Position numbers and translations under genes: made by a program. From Chiloscyllium plagiosum (Eukaryota): a DNA stretch of 64,000 nucleotides. Location of the stretch: NCBI RefSeq assembly GCF_004010195.1, contig NC_057749.1, forward strand, positions 13,130,092 to 13,194,091, given 5' to 3'. The notes beneath the pieces are model-generated. The model was not told where the DNA came from and did not search any database. It worked only from the letters and a program-made list of their open reading frames with translations. Below are positions 12,368 through 26,239 of the stretch, piece by piece; positions within the stretch are counted from its first letter, which is position 1, and every line of letters begins with the position of its first letter.

Positions 12368-13991
12368 TATGGTCACTTTGCCCCTTGAAAGTTCCACAAA
12401 TTTTTTTTGTTCAGATTTGCTACCAACCTGATCTTCCCAGTCCCAACTGCCTATTGAATTCTCCATGCTTATTGTAACCATGCTTTTTGTGCATGATGTA
12501 TATTAACACTTTATTTCTAAACAACTCAATGGGTTTCACATAATTTAAAGTTTGACAGTATGCTGTTGCAATAGGGTCTTTCCAGCTACTATCTCCAGGC
12601 TTTTATGCATCCCTGAGCATGTGTTCCTGGATTTCAAAGTCTGGAGCAATATGCTAAGAGGCAAGATAATCCTTATTACCTTTGGCAAACTTTGAAAATT
12701 TGGGACTGCAATCAACTTTTTTTGTGTTGAAAATAAAAAAAACGATGGAGTGTACAGCAGGTCAGGCAGCATCCTTTGAGAGAAAGCAAGCTAACGTTTC
12801 GAGTCTCAAAGGAATGGAGCTTTGTTTATTCTGCAATTTTTAAAAAGCAAATAGTTTATAGCTTTTCCATTTTATTAATCCACTTTTACCTTCAGTTTAA
12901 TTATCAGTTTTGTTTCTAAATCAGAAATTTTTGAAAAATACGTAACATTGTCTTTTTCCTAGAGTAATAAATTGTCCATGTTATCTGCATTAAATCAATA
13001 GTTGACTTTGAATGCGCACTTAATATATTGTCTACTTTGGACAAATACTTGACGTATGTGTTTGTGCAGCTAGTATTTGTGCAGGTCCATTTGAAATTTA
13101 GTCAGTTAGTGCACTTGTTTGACCTGTTGCATTCCCTGTAATTTAGCTATTGAAATTTTACCTATTTTTAAAAAATATATAGACAAAGTGTTAACTTTTG
13201 AAGGTAATTTTTCGCATTGTTCTCAAATTAACCCCCAGCCAGTAAGGGAAACCTAGTGATTTCTATTATCATTTGTGCCTTTGATTGCATTGTATTTCTG
13301 TAGCATTGCTGTCTTTTCTAAAGGAGTTTAAACTTTTGTCTCTGGTGTCTTTACCTTTTGGAAGTTTGGGTCCAGGTCCTAAAATGTCGATGAAAATATT
13401 GCTGAGGGACCACCAACACATTTTGTACTTTTCACTCATCCAAGTAAATTATAAATAGAAACTTGCTTTTAAAATATGTAATATAAACCCTAAAGGATTT
13501 TTCATGTCACAATTGCTGTTTTGCTGTGATAGATTGGGAATTGTAAACTTTTACTTGATCAATGTCTACACCACTTTAAAATATCTGGAGGGTAATTTTA
13601 GAAATTAACTTCTCACTTTTGTTAGATGATCATAACTGTAGGTGCATTTGACCATGCTTGGAATCATAAGTCAAACTTACTGCTTTCATAAACTTATTAA
13701 CCAATCTGACTGCCACAAATCTCTGGCAATTTGCCAATGTTTATTAAGTCATTCATTTCATAAAGTGGAGTTCATATTTCTATGCACGAACTTTCTTCCT
13801 AAGCTGCCTTAAACCCACTAGTAGTTCTAACTATGAACCACAAGGACAAGGGTTGATTGAGTTACGTATGAGGGAAGTAGATTGTGTTGTTCGGACTTTA
13901 AATAATTCACTTTGAAGAAGAACCCTTCAATAACAGTTGAAATTTGTGATGCAAGGAAGTCTCCTTGGTTTCTCTTGCCTCATCTCTTGAA

Positions 13992-14486
13992 GGACAAAGG
14001 ACCCAATACCCAGCATGAGCAAAACCAACGTAGTGTACAAAATCCCATGCAAGGACTGCACAAAACACTACATAGGACAAACAGGAAGACAGCTAACAAT
14101 CCGTATCCATGAACACCAACTAGCCATGAAACGACACTACCAGCTATCCTTAGTAGCCCCACACAGATGATAAGCAATGTGAGTTCGACTGGGACAGCAC
14201 TACTATTATAGGACAAGCCAAACAGAGAACAGCCAGGGAATTCCTAGAGGCATGGCACTCATCCACAGATTCTATCAACAAACACATCGACCTGGACCCA
14301 ATATAATGGCCAATGCAGTGGACAGCTGGAACGGACAACCGTAAGCGGCAGAGACAAACCACTATAAATGCCGGAGGAAACAACACAGAAGCGCTTCACA
14401 GGAGGCTCCCAAACACTGAGGATGTTACCTAGACAGGGGACGAAACGTCTGCAACACAAATGCCCAGCTCGGTGAACAGTACTACA
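13992..14486 (+). mobile_element. Penelope-like element 3' fragment (GIY-YIG plus hammerhead-bearing terminal repeat)
   Basis: Translates NVVYKIPCKDCTKHYIGQTGRQLTIRIHEH; 12-bp TSD tcatctcttgaa at 13980-13991 / 14487-14498. Confidence 0.9.
14413..14452 (+). ncRNA. Minimal hammerhead ribozyme motif
   Basis: CTGAGGA-tgttacctagacaggggac-GAAA-cg-TC-tgc: both core boxes, stem II and palindromic ACGT stem III; stem I weak. Confidence 0.75.
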
Positions 14487-14831
14487 TCATCTCTTGAAAT
14501 TTGACTCCTTGTTGTGATAGATATTTTCTAGTCAACCAGTGTAAAGATGTTATTACACGCCTCTAGATCAGGTGGGGCTTGAAGCTCTGAAGGTAGGAAT
14601 ACTTCCACTGTGCCACAAGAGTCCCTTTCTCGTTTATAATTTGTTTCTGAGAAATGTTTGGTACCTAATTATCTTTCGCAAAAAAAGGATGTTAACGTAA
14701 TTACTGAACTTCAGACTATTTCTAGAGTACGTATAGGGACACTAGAGCAAATCTTGATTGTTTGCTCACCTGGAATCTATGTGCATACTTACTGTGGGAG
14801 TTGCTAGACAGAGGTGGATCATAGCTGTATA

Positions 14832-15125
14832 TTAGATTAGATTACTTAGTGTGGAAACAGCCCTTCGGCCCAACAAGTCCACACCAACCCGCCGAAGCGT
14901 AACCCACCCAGATCCATTCTCCTACATTTACCCCATCATCTAACACTACGGGCAATTTAGCATGGCCAATTCACCTAACCTGCACATTTTTGCATTGTGG
15001 GAGGAAACCAGAGCACCCGGAGGAAACCCACGCAGACACAGGGAGAATGTGCAAACTCCGCAGTCGCCTGAGGCAAGAATTGAACCTGGGTCACTGGCGC
15101 TGCGAGGCAGCAGTGCTAACCACTG
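14832..15125 (-). mobile_element. tRNA-derived SINE (HE1/V-SINE type)
   Basis: (agatt)n tail, V-domain, tRNA head. Confidence 0.9.
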
Positions 15126-17229
15126 TTTTCACCTTTTTATTCCCACCCAATATTAAAGCTGTGGCAATGATACAGATTTTAATATCCAAACCGCTTCCCT
15201 GTTTCAGTATAGACCATAATTGAACCAATATCTTTATGGTGTAGATAACTACTTAACTCCACACTGAAATGATAGGAGCAGTGAAAGGATATTTTTAAAA
15301 TCTTGTATATTAACTACATTTAGTTTATTCCACGACCAATTGGTTTTTAATATATTGCAAATTAGATTTTAGTTGTCATTTGAAATGAGATTGTAATTGT
15401 GTGTTTTTCGGGACATTGTTGTAGTTCAGCAACATTTTGGCTCTGAACTAGTAATTCAGAGCCCCAGGATGCCATTCCGAGACCTTGAGTTTCAATGCAA
15501 CCATGGCAGCTGGTGAAATTTTAATTCGGTTATTAAATCTAGAATTGAAAGGTAATTTCAGAAATAGTAACCATTGAAACTAATCTACTGTTAAACAAAT
15601 CCATCATTTTCATGCCGTCTATTTTTAAGAGAAGAAAGTCCCCACCTTGTCTTGCATATTTAACTCCAAACCCAAAATAGTGTGGATATTCTTAACTGCT
15701 TCCGAGACAGTATAACGATTGAGCAGGTAGGGAAAGATTTAAGTTTTGGGTTGTGAGAGACAAAGGGTTGGCTAGCATGACTTGGATCAGATAAGAACGT
15801 GCAGCAAACAAGGAGGTGCTGGAGGCAAGGGTATTGGGTTGACTAGGTGAAAAAGCATTCATTATGTCAAGTCAGTTAACAAGGTTAAGAACAATCCAAT
15901 GTATAATGCGAGATGGCTTAATCTTTACTGTTGCTTGCTGATTTGTAATGGTCAACTAATCAATCTAGATGTTGCCTAATTTGGAAGCTCCTCTCTGTAA
16001 GAGACTATATTATTCCTTAATCTGTTCTTCGAAAGAAGACAGAGAACTTGTGTCTCTGTGCATATGGGTGATCATTCTCTCTCTCTCCCTCCAGGGCCCA
16101 GAATAAAGATGGAGGTAAAGCCATACTGCATCTGAGTGTTTGCTTCGACTGATACTGGGATAGGGAAATGGATGACACTCCCTGAAATGATCTAGCATAC
16201 CACTCTATTAGAAAGAAATTAGGAATGACCAGCAAATATTGGTCTTGCTAGCCATAACTATGAAAGAGTGTTTTTATTTAAAAGAAGTAACATTGGTGTA
16301 GAAAATCTTGAGCAAAGTGCTGATATGTTGGCTGAATACCATTTGTTGAACAACTGATTGTCTGCACTTTAGAAATGCAGATATTTACTATAGTCATTTG
16401 TCTTGAATCAAAATACCTCTGGTGTGAATTTTCTCTGTTGAAAAGTTGATGTCATTTTAGTTTGACTAATTTCCTTGGCGTGTGCAGAATTAAGTTATTC
16501 TTAATTTGATCTTTTTAAGCATTCTGAAAGAAGAAATCGTATGATATCTCATAACTAGTACAATCAAAGTCGTATAAAGCATCTCCAGAGTCTGCTCTGT
16601 GGTGCAATGCAGTCAGTAAAATGAATGGAATACAGAGCCATATAGCAAGCAATGGTATATAAAAATAAATAGGGTTCTGGTTAAAATATACTTGAGTACT
16701 GTCCAACCTCATTCAAGGAGGTGAAAAAGTGATGTTCGTTCCCATAGCAAGAGCCAAAGGGCCAATCCCAGTTCGAGTTGTGGTGACAAAAAGGCAGGAG
16801 GTCCTTGGCCTTTCACCCGTGAGAAGAGATTGCCTAAACATTAGGCACTGTTTCAAAACACATCTGGACAGCAAATACAAGCTAAAACAGTAGGACTGAT
16901 TTCTAGTTAAAGGTAATTGTAGGTGGATTCTCAGGACTTCATATAAAGCAAGATCGACATATGAAACAGACTTGCAGACAGAAAATAGAGATGAATAAAA
17001 TAAGACCTTGCAGTTGTTCGGAAAACAAATGGATATTGGATGGGAGAAGTGGACTTTCTGGATGGCTTTTGTGATTCTTTACCCTTTTTTTTAAATTAAA
17101 AATGTATTTTCTCGAGTTTATATTGTTTCTTGTTGGAGTCCTTGCTGGGTGAATAAGGATGAAATTGAAGGGGGTCTAATGTAAGAACCAAGAGAATTAA
17201 CTGTATTAAAGAGTCACCAGACTTGAAAC

Positions 17230-18892
17230 ATAGAAGAATACAGCGCAGTACAGGCCCTTTGGCCGTCGATGTTGCGCCGATCCAAGCCCACCTAACCTAC
17301 ACTAGCCCACTATCCTCCATAAGCCTATCCAATGCCTGCTTAAATGCCCATAAAGAGGGAGAGTCCACCACTGCTACTGGCAGGGCATTCCATGAACTCA
17401 CGACTCGCTGAGTAAAGAACCTACCCCTAACATCTGTCCTATACCTACCACCCCTTAATTTAAAGCTATGCCCCATCGTAATAGCTGACTCCANNNNNNN
17501 NNNNNNNNNNNNNNNNNNNNNNNNNNNNNNNNNNNNNNNNNNNNNNNNNNNNNNNNNNNNNNNNNNNNNNNNNNNNNNNNNNNNNNNNNNNNNNNNNNNN
17601 NNNNNNNNNNNNNNNNNNNNNNNNNNNNNNNNNNNNNNNNNNNNNNNNNNNNNNNNNNNNNNNNNNNNNNNNNNNNNNNNNNNNNNNNNNNNNNNNNNNN
17701 NNNNNNNNNNNNNNNNNNNNNNNNNNNNNNNNNNNNNNNNNNNNNNNNNNNNNNNNNNNNNNNNNNNNNNNNNNNNNNNNNNNNNNNNNNNNNNNNNNNN
17801 NNNNNNNNNNNNNNNNNNNNNNNNNNNNNNNNNNNNNNNNNNNNNNNNNNNNNNNNNNNNNNNNNNNNNNNNNNNNNNNNNNNNNNNNNNNNNNNNNNNN
17901 NNNNNNNNNNNNNNNNNNNNNNNNNNNNNNNNNNNNNNNNNNGCCTATAGTTTCTAGGGTTATCCCTACTCCCCTTCTTGAACAAGGGGACCACATTTGC
18001 TAGCCTCCAATCTTCTGGCAGTACTCCTGTAGACAACGAGGACATAAATATCAAGGCCAATGGCTCTGCAATCTCCTCCCTTGCTTCCCAGAGAATCCTA
18101 GGATAAATGCCATCAGGCCCAGGGGACTTATCTATTTTCACCTTTTCCAGGATTTCCAACACCTCTTCTCTACATACCTCAAAGCCATCCATTCTAGTTA
18201 ATTGTGACTCAGTACTCACATTGACAACAATGTCTTGTTCCTGATTGAATACTGACGAAAAGTATTCATTCAGTGTCTCCCCAATCTCTTCCGCCTCCAC
18301 ACGCAACTTCCCACTACTCTCCTTGACTGGACCTATTCCTACCCTAGTCATTCTTTTATTCCTGACATTTGCTATCCTCCAGTCTTCTGGCACTACTCCT
18401 GTAGACAACGAGGACATAAAAATCAAGGCCATTGGCTCTGCAATCTCCTCCCTTGCTTCCCAGAGAATCCTAGGATAAATGCCATCAGGCGCAGGGGACT
18501 TATCTATTTTCACCCTTTCCAGAATTTCCAATACCTCTTCTCTACATACCTCAAAGCCATCCATTCTACTTAATTGTGACTCAGTACTCACATTGACAAC
18601 AATGTCCTGTTCCTGATTGAATACTGACGAAAAGTATTCATTCAGTGTCTCCCCAATCTCTTCAGCCTCCACACGCAACTTCCCACTACTATCCTTGACT
18701 GGATCTATTCCTACCCTAGTCATTCTTTTATTCCTAACATACCTATAGAAAGCCTTAGGGTTTTCCCTAATCCTACCAACTAAGGACCTTTCATGTCCCC
18801 TCCTTGCTGCTCTTAGCTCTCTCTTCAGGTCCTTCCTGGCTACCTTATAACTCTCAATCACCCCAATTGGACCTTCGCCTCAATCGCCCCAA
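17230..18892 (-). mobile_element. Young 5'-truncated CR1 LINE spanning an assembly gap
   Basis: Open ORF2 (NPKAFYRYV..., KSPGPDGIYPRIL, PEDWRLANVVPLFKKG..NYR); possible TSD ttgaaac at 17223-17229 / 18893-18899. Confidence 0.92.
17494..17942. other. Assembly gap (449 N)
   Basis: Run of N. Confidence 1.
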
Positions 18893-20099
18893 TTGAAACC
18901 TTGACTTTTCTTTCGGATGCTGACAGACCTGTTGAGTTTCTCCAGCAATCTTTTTTTTGTGTCAGACCTTCAGTGTCTGCAGTTCTGTTTTATTTTGAGT
19001 TATGAGTACCTCAGCATTTATTTACTTTTAAGTCTGTTAAACCTTTCCAGCATGCTCTATTTTACCAGTCAGGAATAATACTCATTAGTAGCTGCTAGCC
19101 AAAAATAATTGTCAAGAAAAGTTTGGAAGACAAAAGTCAGATCGGGCAGTGATGGAAGTGTTTAATTTGTATAGTTTGGTTACTTTTTATGCTTTTACCG
19201 CTCAACTGAAATTTTAGTCGAGCTGAATGCCACATTCGGCACCTTTTAATATACATATCAAGGTACTGAGGGCACTAACTGGTGATAAACTAATATAGGA
19301 CATTAATTGAAATAGTGAGCTAGTTTGATCTCAAGCTAGAAAGTGGACTTTTGATTTGCTGTAGTATTTAAGGTATTGATTCAACTTTGCAATACAGCTT
19401 TTTATTTTTAATAGTACTGACAATGATTGTATAGGCTGAATGTTAATGCATTTTGTGATCGAACAGATTGTCAATTGGGATTAATTACTATGGCGTTTGA
19501 AAGATGCAGTTGGAGAAAGATCATGAGTCAACCCACATTCCGATGCTGAGCCTTCAAGTTATTTGTTTTGTAATGAGATGGGCAATTTGAGTGGGAATAT
19601 GAATACCCAAAATTAGATCCGTTTCATGAAGTTAGTTCATTGAAATTTTAGTAAGCAGCACTAAAATCACTTTTGCATCAGTTTTGGCTAAAGAAACAAA
19701 TACTTGTGATAAATTGTACACTTTTGTTTTCTCCAGGCAATACTATGAAATGTTGTCGCAGGAACTGTGTACACTTAAAGCATTAAGAGAATTTTTCAGT
19801 TGATCTGTGATATTGTTTGAGAATAAGTGCTGTTAAGGCACTTGGAATAGTTGAGGGGCATGTGGGTTTGGCTTAATGTCCTATCTGAAAGATGACATCT
19901 TTTGACACTGCCTCAATACCGGGTCTAAAATCAGCCTGGCATATTTAGTTTGCCCAAACAGCCTGTTAAATTCACTTGGAACATGAGACCAGGGAATTAT
20001 TGACAAATCTAGAAATCCACCCTGACTAATGAGAATTTTAATGCACTGACTTATGACCAACTTACAAATGAATGATGCATCATTTGCAAAATTGAAGAC

Positions 20100-20216
20100 T
20101 TAATGAATTTTATATTAGTAGCTAAGGTTGAAGTTCTGGATGTAAGCTTGCTTGCTGAACTGGAAGATTCATTTTCAGACGTTTTGTCACCATGCTGGGC
20201 AACATCATCAGTGAGC
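20100..20216 (-). mobile_element. Short repeat remnant with degenerate hammerhead motif
   Basis: Minus strand caCTGATGA-tgttgcccagcatggtgac-AAAA-cg-TC-tg (GAAA mutated to AAAA) at ~20176-20215. Confidence 0.6.
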
Positions 20217-21288
20217 TTAATTTCATGAACCATGATTGAGATGTATTACTGTAACTGGCCTGTTCATACAGTATACAATTTAACATCTGGCTCTATCTTC
20301 AAACTTGGTAAATTGATTTTCTACTTTGGCAAAGTAGAGGTGTGTCTTTTGTGGACAATGTTGAGAGGCAATCCAGGGAATTCTTAATGGTGATGGTACA
20401 TAATGTTGCTAGTGTGGAGCCAAAAGTTCAATAGTATATTGGACATTAACGTTCAGTAGATTTGCACTAAATTCCATTTGTTTAAGAATACTGAGGTAGA
20501 AGAATAACATCACTTCTTGATGGAGCCATTAAAGAATGGTATGCAATGGAACAGCATAAGCTAGAAGTCCCTCACTTAATTACCACCAATTTAAATGTGA
20601 CATTGTGCTTTTGCATAATGCTGTTGACATGGTTTCCTTGTGAAAAATCTCTACCTTTTTATTCTTGACACTAAAACTGTTATCCATTCAAGAGGGAACA
20701 GTTGATAGCTATGATATGTGACTGTAAGGCAATCATTTTAATGAGGCAACCAAGCACTTCTGTTGGTAAAGTTTAGTAGTAATGGAGGAAAATGAAATAT
20801 TCTGTATGTGTCCTTGATTTAATTTTATGACAGTTATGGTGATAGTAGGGATGCTTCACCTGGGCAGTGAGTCATTACGGTCTACTCTACTGTCAAAAAC
20901 GATAGCACAGTCTATCTAGGTGTTGACAATGAAGTACCTGAAGACACTTGGCACTCAAGGATCAGTTAGTACTTACGAATGTGATGGAGTCAGGGTAGTT
21001 GACTGGAAAACTAAGCTGCTTGTTCTATTACTTTGTTCACTAATCCTACTGCCTTTGTGAATATGTCTAAATAGAAGTCCAAGGAGAGATTGAGGAAAAA
21101 ATGAGAAGTTTAAATATTGCACTGCCTGACATGAGATCAAAAAGCCACCTAACTGGTTGACTTCACTTTAGTGTTTACCCACTAATTAATCTAGATTCAG
21201 ATCCTCCCTTTCACTCTTCCTTGAGCGAATCCTGTTCTGTTGAATACTATCAATTACTGTTCTCAGCCTGTTTTTTTTTTCTCCTCAG

Positions 21289-21369
21289 GATCCATCAGTA
21301 ACTCAGCTGACAAATGCCAATCAGCAAGGTATTGATGACTTCAATCCATTTACTGAAAACTCTAGGCTG
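21289..21369 (+). CDS. SCAMP2: SCAMP2 coding exon 2 (DPSVTQLTNANQQGIDDFNPFTENSRL)
   Basis: Poly-T tract plus CAG acceptor, GTAAGT donor, phase 0/0, third NPF motif. Confidence 0.95.
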
Positions 21370-21889
21370 GTAAGTCCTGATTTCTGCTTTGTAATTTTTG
21401 TTCTCTGTTCTGCCAAAAATGAATTTCATTCTTTATTTTTAGTCTGGGCATAGCTAAAGGTGTGTATGTACAGAAAGCTGGAATTTTACTTGGGAGATGG
21501 GAAGGAAGTAATTGTGTACATTTTCTGCTTAGCAATATTTCTTGGCTGCAAGTCATTTGAGATTTTGGTTTTAACTAGGTTGATAGACTTTCAGGAAGGT
21601 TATTTCGCTTTCTTATTGATATGGGTGAGTGGTTAGATGAGCAACTAAGGTGACATTGAAAATGTAGCAGGCAGCTAAAGTTGGAATTTTGCTAGTGTAA
21701 TTTGAGAAATCCACTGAGAATTCCTCAGATTTTGGTTTGTAAGTTAGGAACATGTCAACTTTTATTTTAACTGTCAATTATTGGTTGAAAGATGAGATTT
21801 AGTTGTGAAAGTATTTTGAAAGGGACTGTTTTGAGATTTGCTTTGTTGGCAATTTCATTTTAAATGCCTACTCTGTAATTTGATTTAAT

Positions 21890-24130
21890 GCAATAATAGT
21901 GAGTACAAGAGAATTTTCCGATTCAGTATGTGGATGTACCTACTAGAGAAGGTGCAAAACGTGACCACCTCTTGGGAAATAAGGCAGGGCAAGTGACTGA
22001 GGTGTTAGTTAGGGTATTGACCATAATTCTATTAGTTTTAAAATAGTGATGGAAAAGGATAGACCAGATTTAAAAGTTGAAGTTCTAAATTGGAGTAAGG
22101 CTAATCTTTGACTCTGTATTAGACAAGAACTTCCACAATTAGATTGGGGACAGATGATCATAGGTAAAGGGATGGCTGGAAAATGGGAAGGCTTCAAAAA
22201 TGAGATAATGGAGTCCAGATACAGATTTTCCTGTTGGGGTGAAAGACAAGGCTGGTACCTGTAGAGCATGCTGGATAACTAGAGAAATTCTTTTAAGGAA
22301 AAGAACGAAGCAGAGATAGTGAATCTAAAGTATAATAGAGTATAAAGGCAGTAGGAATATACTTTGAGAGAAATCAGGAGGGCAAAAAGGAGATATAAGT
22401 TTGGCAAGGTTAGGGTTAAGGAGAGTCCAAGGGGATTCTGTAAATATATTTTAAGGACAAAAATCTAACGAGGGAGAGAATAGGGCCCCTCCAAGACCAA
22501 GACAACCTTTGTGTGGAACAGCAGGAGATGGCAGAGATACTGAACAAGCATGTTGCATCAGTGTTTACTGTGGGGAAGGGCATCGAAGATATAGAATGTG
22601 GGGAAATAGGTGGTGTCATCTTGAAAAATCTCTTAGAGGTGTTGGTGCTGGATATCTTAATGCATAAAAGTGGATAAATGGCCAGGACCTGATCAGGTAT
22701 ACCCTCGAACTCTGGGAAGCGAGGGGAGTGAATGCTGGGCTCCTTGCTGAGATATTTGTATCATCAATAGTGACAGGTGATGTGCTGGAAGACTGGAGGT
22801 TGGCTAACGTGGTGCTACTAAAAGGCTGTAAGGAAAAGCCAGGGAACTATAGATCTGTGAGCCTGACATTGGTGATGGGCAAGTTGTTGGAGGGAATTGA
22901 GGGACAGGGTTTACATGTATTTGGAAAGACAAGGACTGATTAGGGATAGTCAACATGGCTTTGTGTGTGGGAAGTGATGTCTCATGAACTTGATTCAGTT
23001 TTTTTGAAGAAGTAACAAAGAGGATTGAGGGTAGAGTGGTGGATGTGATCTATTTGGACTTCAGTAAGGTGTTCAAGGTTTCTCATAGACTGGTTAGCAC
23101 AGTTGGATCACATGGGATACAGAACCAGTTTGAAGAAAGGATGGTGGAGTGTTGCCTTTCAGACTGGAGGCCTGTGACCAGTGGTGTGCCACAAGGATTG
23201 GTACTGGGTCCTCTGCTTTTTACTTATTTTAATGATTTTGGATGTGAACATAGGTGTGGTTAGTAAGTTTGTAGATTACAGTAAAATTGGTGTAGTGGGC
23301 AGCAAAGAAGGTTACCTCAGTTCAGTGGGATCTTGATCAGATGGGCCAATGAACTCAGGAGTAGTAGATGGAGTTTAATTTGGGTAAAAAGTGAGGTGCT
23401 GCATTTTGGAAAGGCCAAGCAGAGCAGGACTTCTACACTTAATGGTAAGGGTCTGGGGAGTATTTTTGAACAAGAGACCTTGGAGTGCAGGTTCACAGTT
23501 CCTTGAAAGTGGCATCACAGGTAGGTGGGATAATGAAGAAGGCATTTGGAATGCTTTCCTTGGTCAGAGCATTGTGTATAGGAGTTGGGAGGTCATGTTG
23601 CAGCTGTACAAGACATTGGTTAGGCCACTTTTGGAATATTTTGTGCAATTCTGGTGTTTCTCCTGTTGGAAGAATGTTATGGAACCTGAAAGGGTTCAGA
23701 AAAGATTTATAAGGATGTTGCCAGGGTTAGAGGTTTTGAGCTATGGGGAGAGGCTGAATAGGCTGAGGCTGTTTTCCCTGGAGTGTCAGGCTGAGAGATG
23801 ACCTCAGATTTATAAAATCATGAGGGACATGGATAGGATAAATAGACGTCTTTTTCCTTGGGTGTGGGAGTCCAGAATGAGAGGGCATAGGTTTAGGGTG
23901 GGAGGGAAAAGATTTTAAAAGGGACCTGAGGACCAATGTGTTGTGTGTATGGAATGAGCACCCAGAAGTTGTGGAAGCTGATACAATTAAACATATAAGG
24001 CATGTGAATAGGAAGGATTTAGAGGGATATGAGCCAAGTGCTGGCAAATGGGATTAGATTAGGTTAGGATACCTGGTTGGTATGAACGAGTCTGATCGAG
24101 GGGTCTGTTTCCACGCTGGGCATCTGACTT
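21890..24130 (+). mobile_element. Degraded CR1 LINE (most of ORF2 to the 3' end)
   Basis: EDWRLANVV..PGNYR, VDVIYLDFSK.F, SGVPQG.VLGP, LYKTLVRPLLEY motifs with frameshifts. Confidence 0.92.
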
Positions 24131-25421
24131 CAAATATTACAAATGCACACATGTGGCTGTGTACTAGATTTTGTCAGAGAAAGTAGGCTTGGAAGTCTTT
24201 AATGTGAAGAATAGCCAGAAATAATATAATAGCTGTTGGAAGCCAGTTATTTTAGATCTGCATTATTAGGACATTCTGAACAGTGTGTATAATATAAGTT
24301 AGTTTTATTTTCAGTCTCTCCTCACTGAGGTATCAATCTCAACTAACAGTACATTGGCCCATTGACTTGTCACCACCTGAGTGGGCTTGATAGTGAAGGT
24401 AGGAATCAAATGCAACTTTAACCTGGCAGTCATGGCCCAATATCCATGTATTCCCAACAAAGGTCACTGGATAAGGATTAGTATTGTATGATTTCTCCTT
24501 ACTTAATGCAATGCACACAGCCAGTGAGAGAATCCTTGGTATCCCTCTGGTTTAAGAGTGAACTTATTTTAAATTCGTTCACTGGCTGATCAGCATTTAT
24601 TGCTTATATCTAGTTGCCCTAGAGAAGGTGAGCTACTTTCTTGAACCCCTGCAGTAGATGTGCTGTAGGTAGACACAGAATGCTTTTCGAGAGGGAGTTC
24701 CAGGATTTTGACTGAGAACGCTGAAGGAGCAGCAATATGTTTCCATGTCAGAAGAATTTGCAGATGGGGGTGTACCCATGTTTCTGTCATTCTCGGTCAG
24801 TGGTTGGAGAAGGTGCTGTCTAAGACTCTTTAGTGAATTTCTATCATGCATCTTGTATGTGGTACACCCTACTGTGCATGGAGGCAATGAATGTTGTGAA
24901 TATAGTGCCAATCAAGACCATAAGACATAGGAGTGGATGCAAGGCCATTCGGCCCATTTAGTCCACTCCGCCAGTTAATCGTGGCTGATGGGTGCTTCAA
25001 TTCCACTTATCCACACTATCCCCATAGCCCTTAGTTCCTTGCGAGTTGGCTACGTCGACTTGGATAGTGTCAAGCTGCTATTGGAACTGCACTCATCGAG
25101 GCAAATGGGGAGAATTCCATCACTCCTGACCATTTTTTTTTTGTTTTAATTCATTCATTCCTGGGATGAGGGCATCACTGGTTATACCAGCATTTATTGA
25201 CCTTTCCAGAGTCAACAACATTGCTGTGGCTCTGGAGTCACATGTAGGCCAGGCCACACAAGGATAGCCGTTTTCTTTCCTAAAGGACATCAGTGAATTC
25301 ATGGCCATCATTTGACTCTCAATTCTAGATTTTTTTTTATTTAGGAGTTCAAATTCTATCATTTGCTGTGGTGGGATTTGAACTCTGGCCCCCAGACCAT
25401 TACGTGGGTCTCTGGATTAAC

Positions 25422-25616
25422 GGAGAAAATGAGGACTGCAGATGTTGGAGAGCAGAGACAGTGTGTTGCTGGAAAAAACACAGCAGGTCAGGCAGCATCC
25501 AAGGTGCAGGAGAATCTGTGCAGAAATCCTAATCAAGGGCTTATGCTCAAAACATCGATTTTCCTGCACCTGGATGCTGCCTTACCTGCTGCGCATTTCC
25601 AGCACCACACACTTCA
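25422..25616. mobile_element. Fold-back non-autonomous element (family A), decayed hammerhead
   Basis: Perfect 13-bp TSD tctctggattaac at 25409-25421 / 25617-25629; inverted arms. Confidence 0.85.
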
Positions 25617-25992
25617 TCTCTGGATTAACAGTCCAGCAAAGCGACCACTAGGTCATCAACTATTCAATATCACAATTTCAAATGGGATATTGCTTAGACA
25701 TTCTTGCTACTTGTTTAATTGATTCAGCTGGGCATTCCACACCATGGTCGTAACTAAAAGAAAGTGCATTTACCTGCTGTTTGAGCAGTGTTCATGTCTA
25801 GCTAGCTGCTACCAGAAATACACACTAACCTGTCATTTGCCTCAAAATCTTCATAAATTGTTAAATATTGGTTGCTGTATTTGTTGAATTTCCCAGTGAA
25901 TTCCCAGTGTGCACATGGAGAGCAATTGCAGCTGCTTAACTCAAATTTAGCAATGTAGTTCATTCCTATGCTTTGTTTTTGTTTGTTCTTAG

Positions 25993-26088
25993 ACACCACC
26001 TATTTCAGATACCAAAATACCAGCGGGACAGAAGACAACTCCTTCTCAGCCAGCAATATTACAGCCTACAGTGGAACCCAGTCCACAG
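25993..26088 (+). CDS. SCAMP2: SCAMP2 coding exon 3 (TPPISDTKIPAGQKTTPSQPAILQPTVEPSPQ)
   Basis: TAG acceptor after pyrimidine tract, GTATGG donor; QPAILQPTVEP matches SCAMP2 QPAVLQPSVEP. Confidence 0.92.
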
Positions 26089-26239
26089 GTATGGAGTGAT
26101 GAGTCTGTGTTTGTTGACTGAACAATTTTATAGAAAACACCCCACTCCATAGAGACCAATTTAATTTGATTGGTCATTCTCCCATTTGTAAGTCAGAATG
26201 TTGTGGGTTAAAGTGACACTGCAGATGAACACTGCTCAA

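Larger units (their letters stand above)
9590..12480 (-). mobile_element. Old degraded CR1 LINE interrupted by younger insertions
   Basis: Remnant RT motifs (tcatctgcaaa = FADD on the minus strand; LRLFK..V..HLEY-like segment). Confidence 0.7.

Noticed and set aside
17455..18861. 468-aa ORF as a host gene
   Set aside because: CR1 ORF2 fragment inflated by a duplication and Ns
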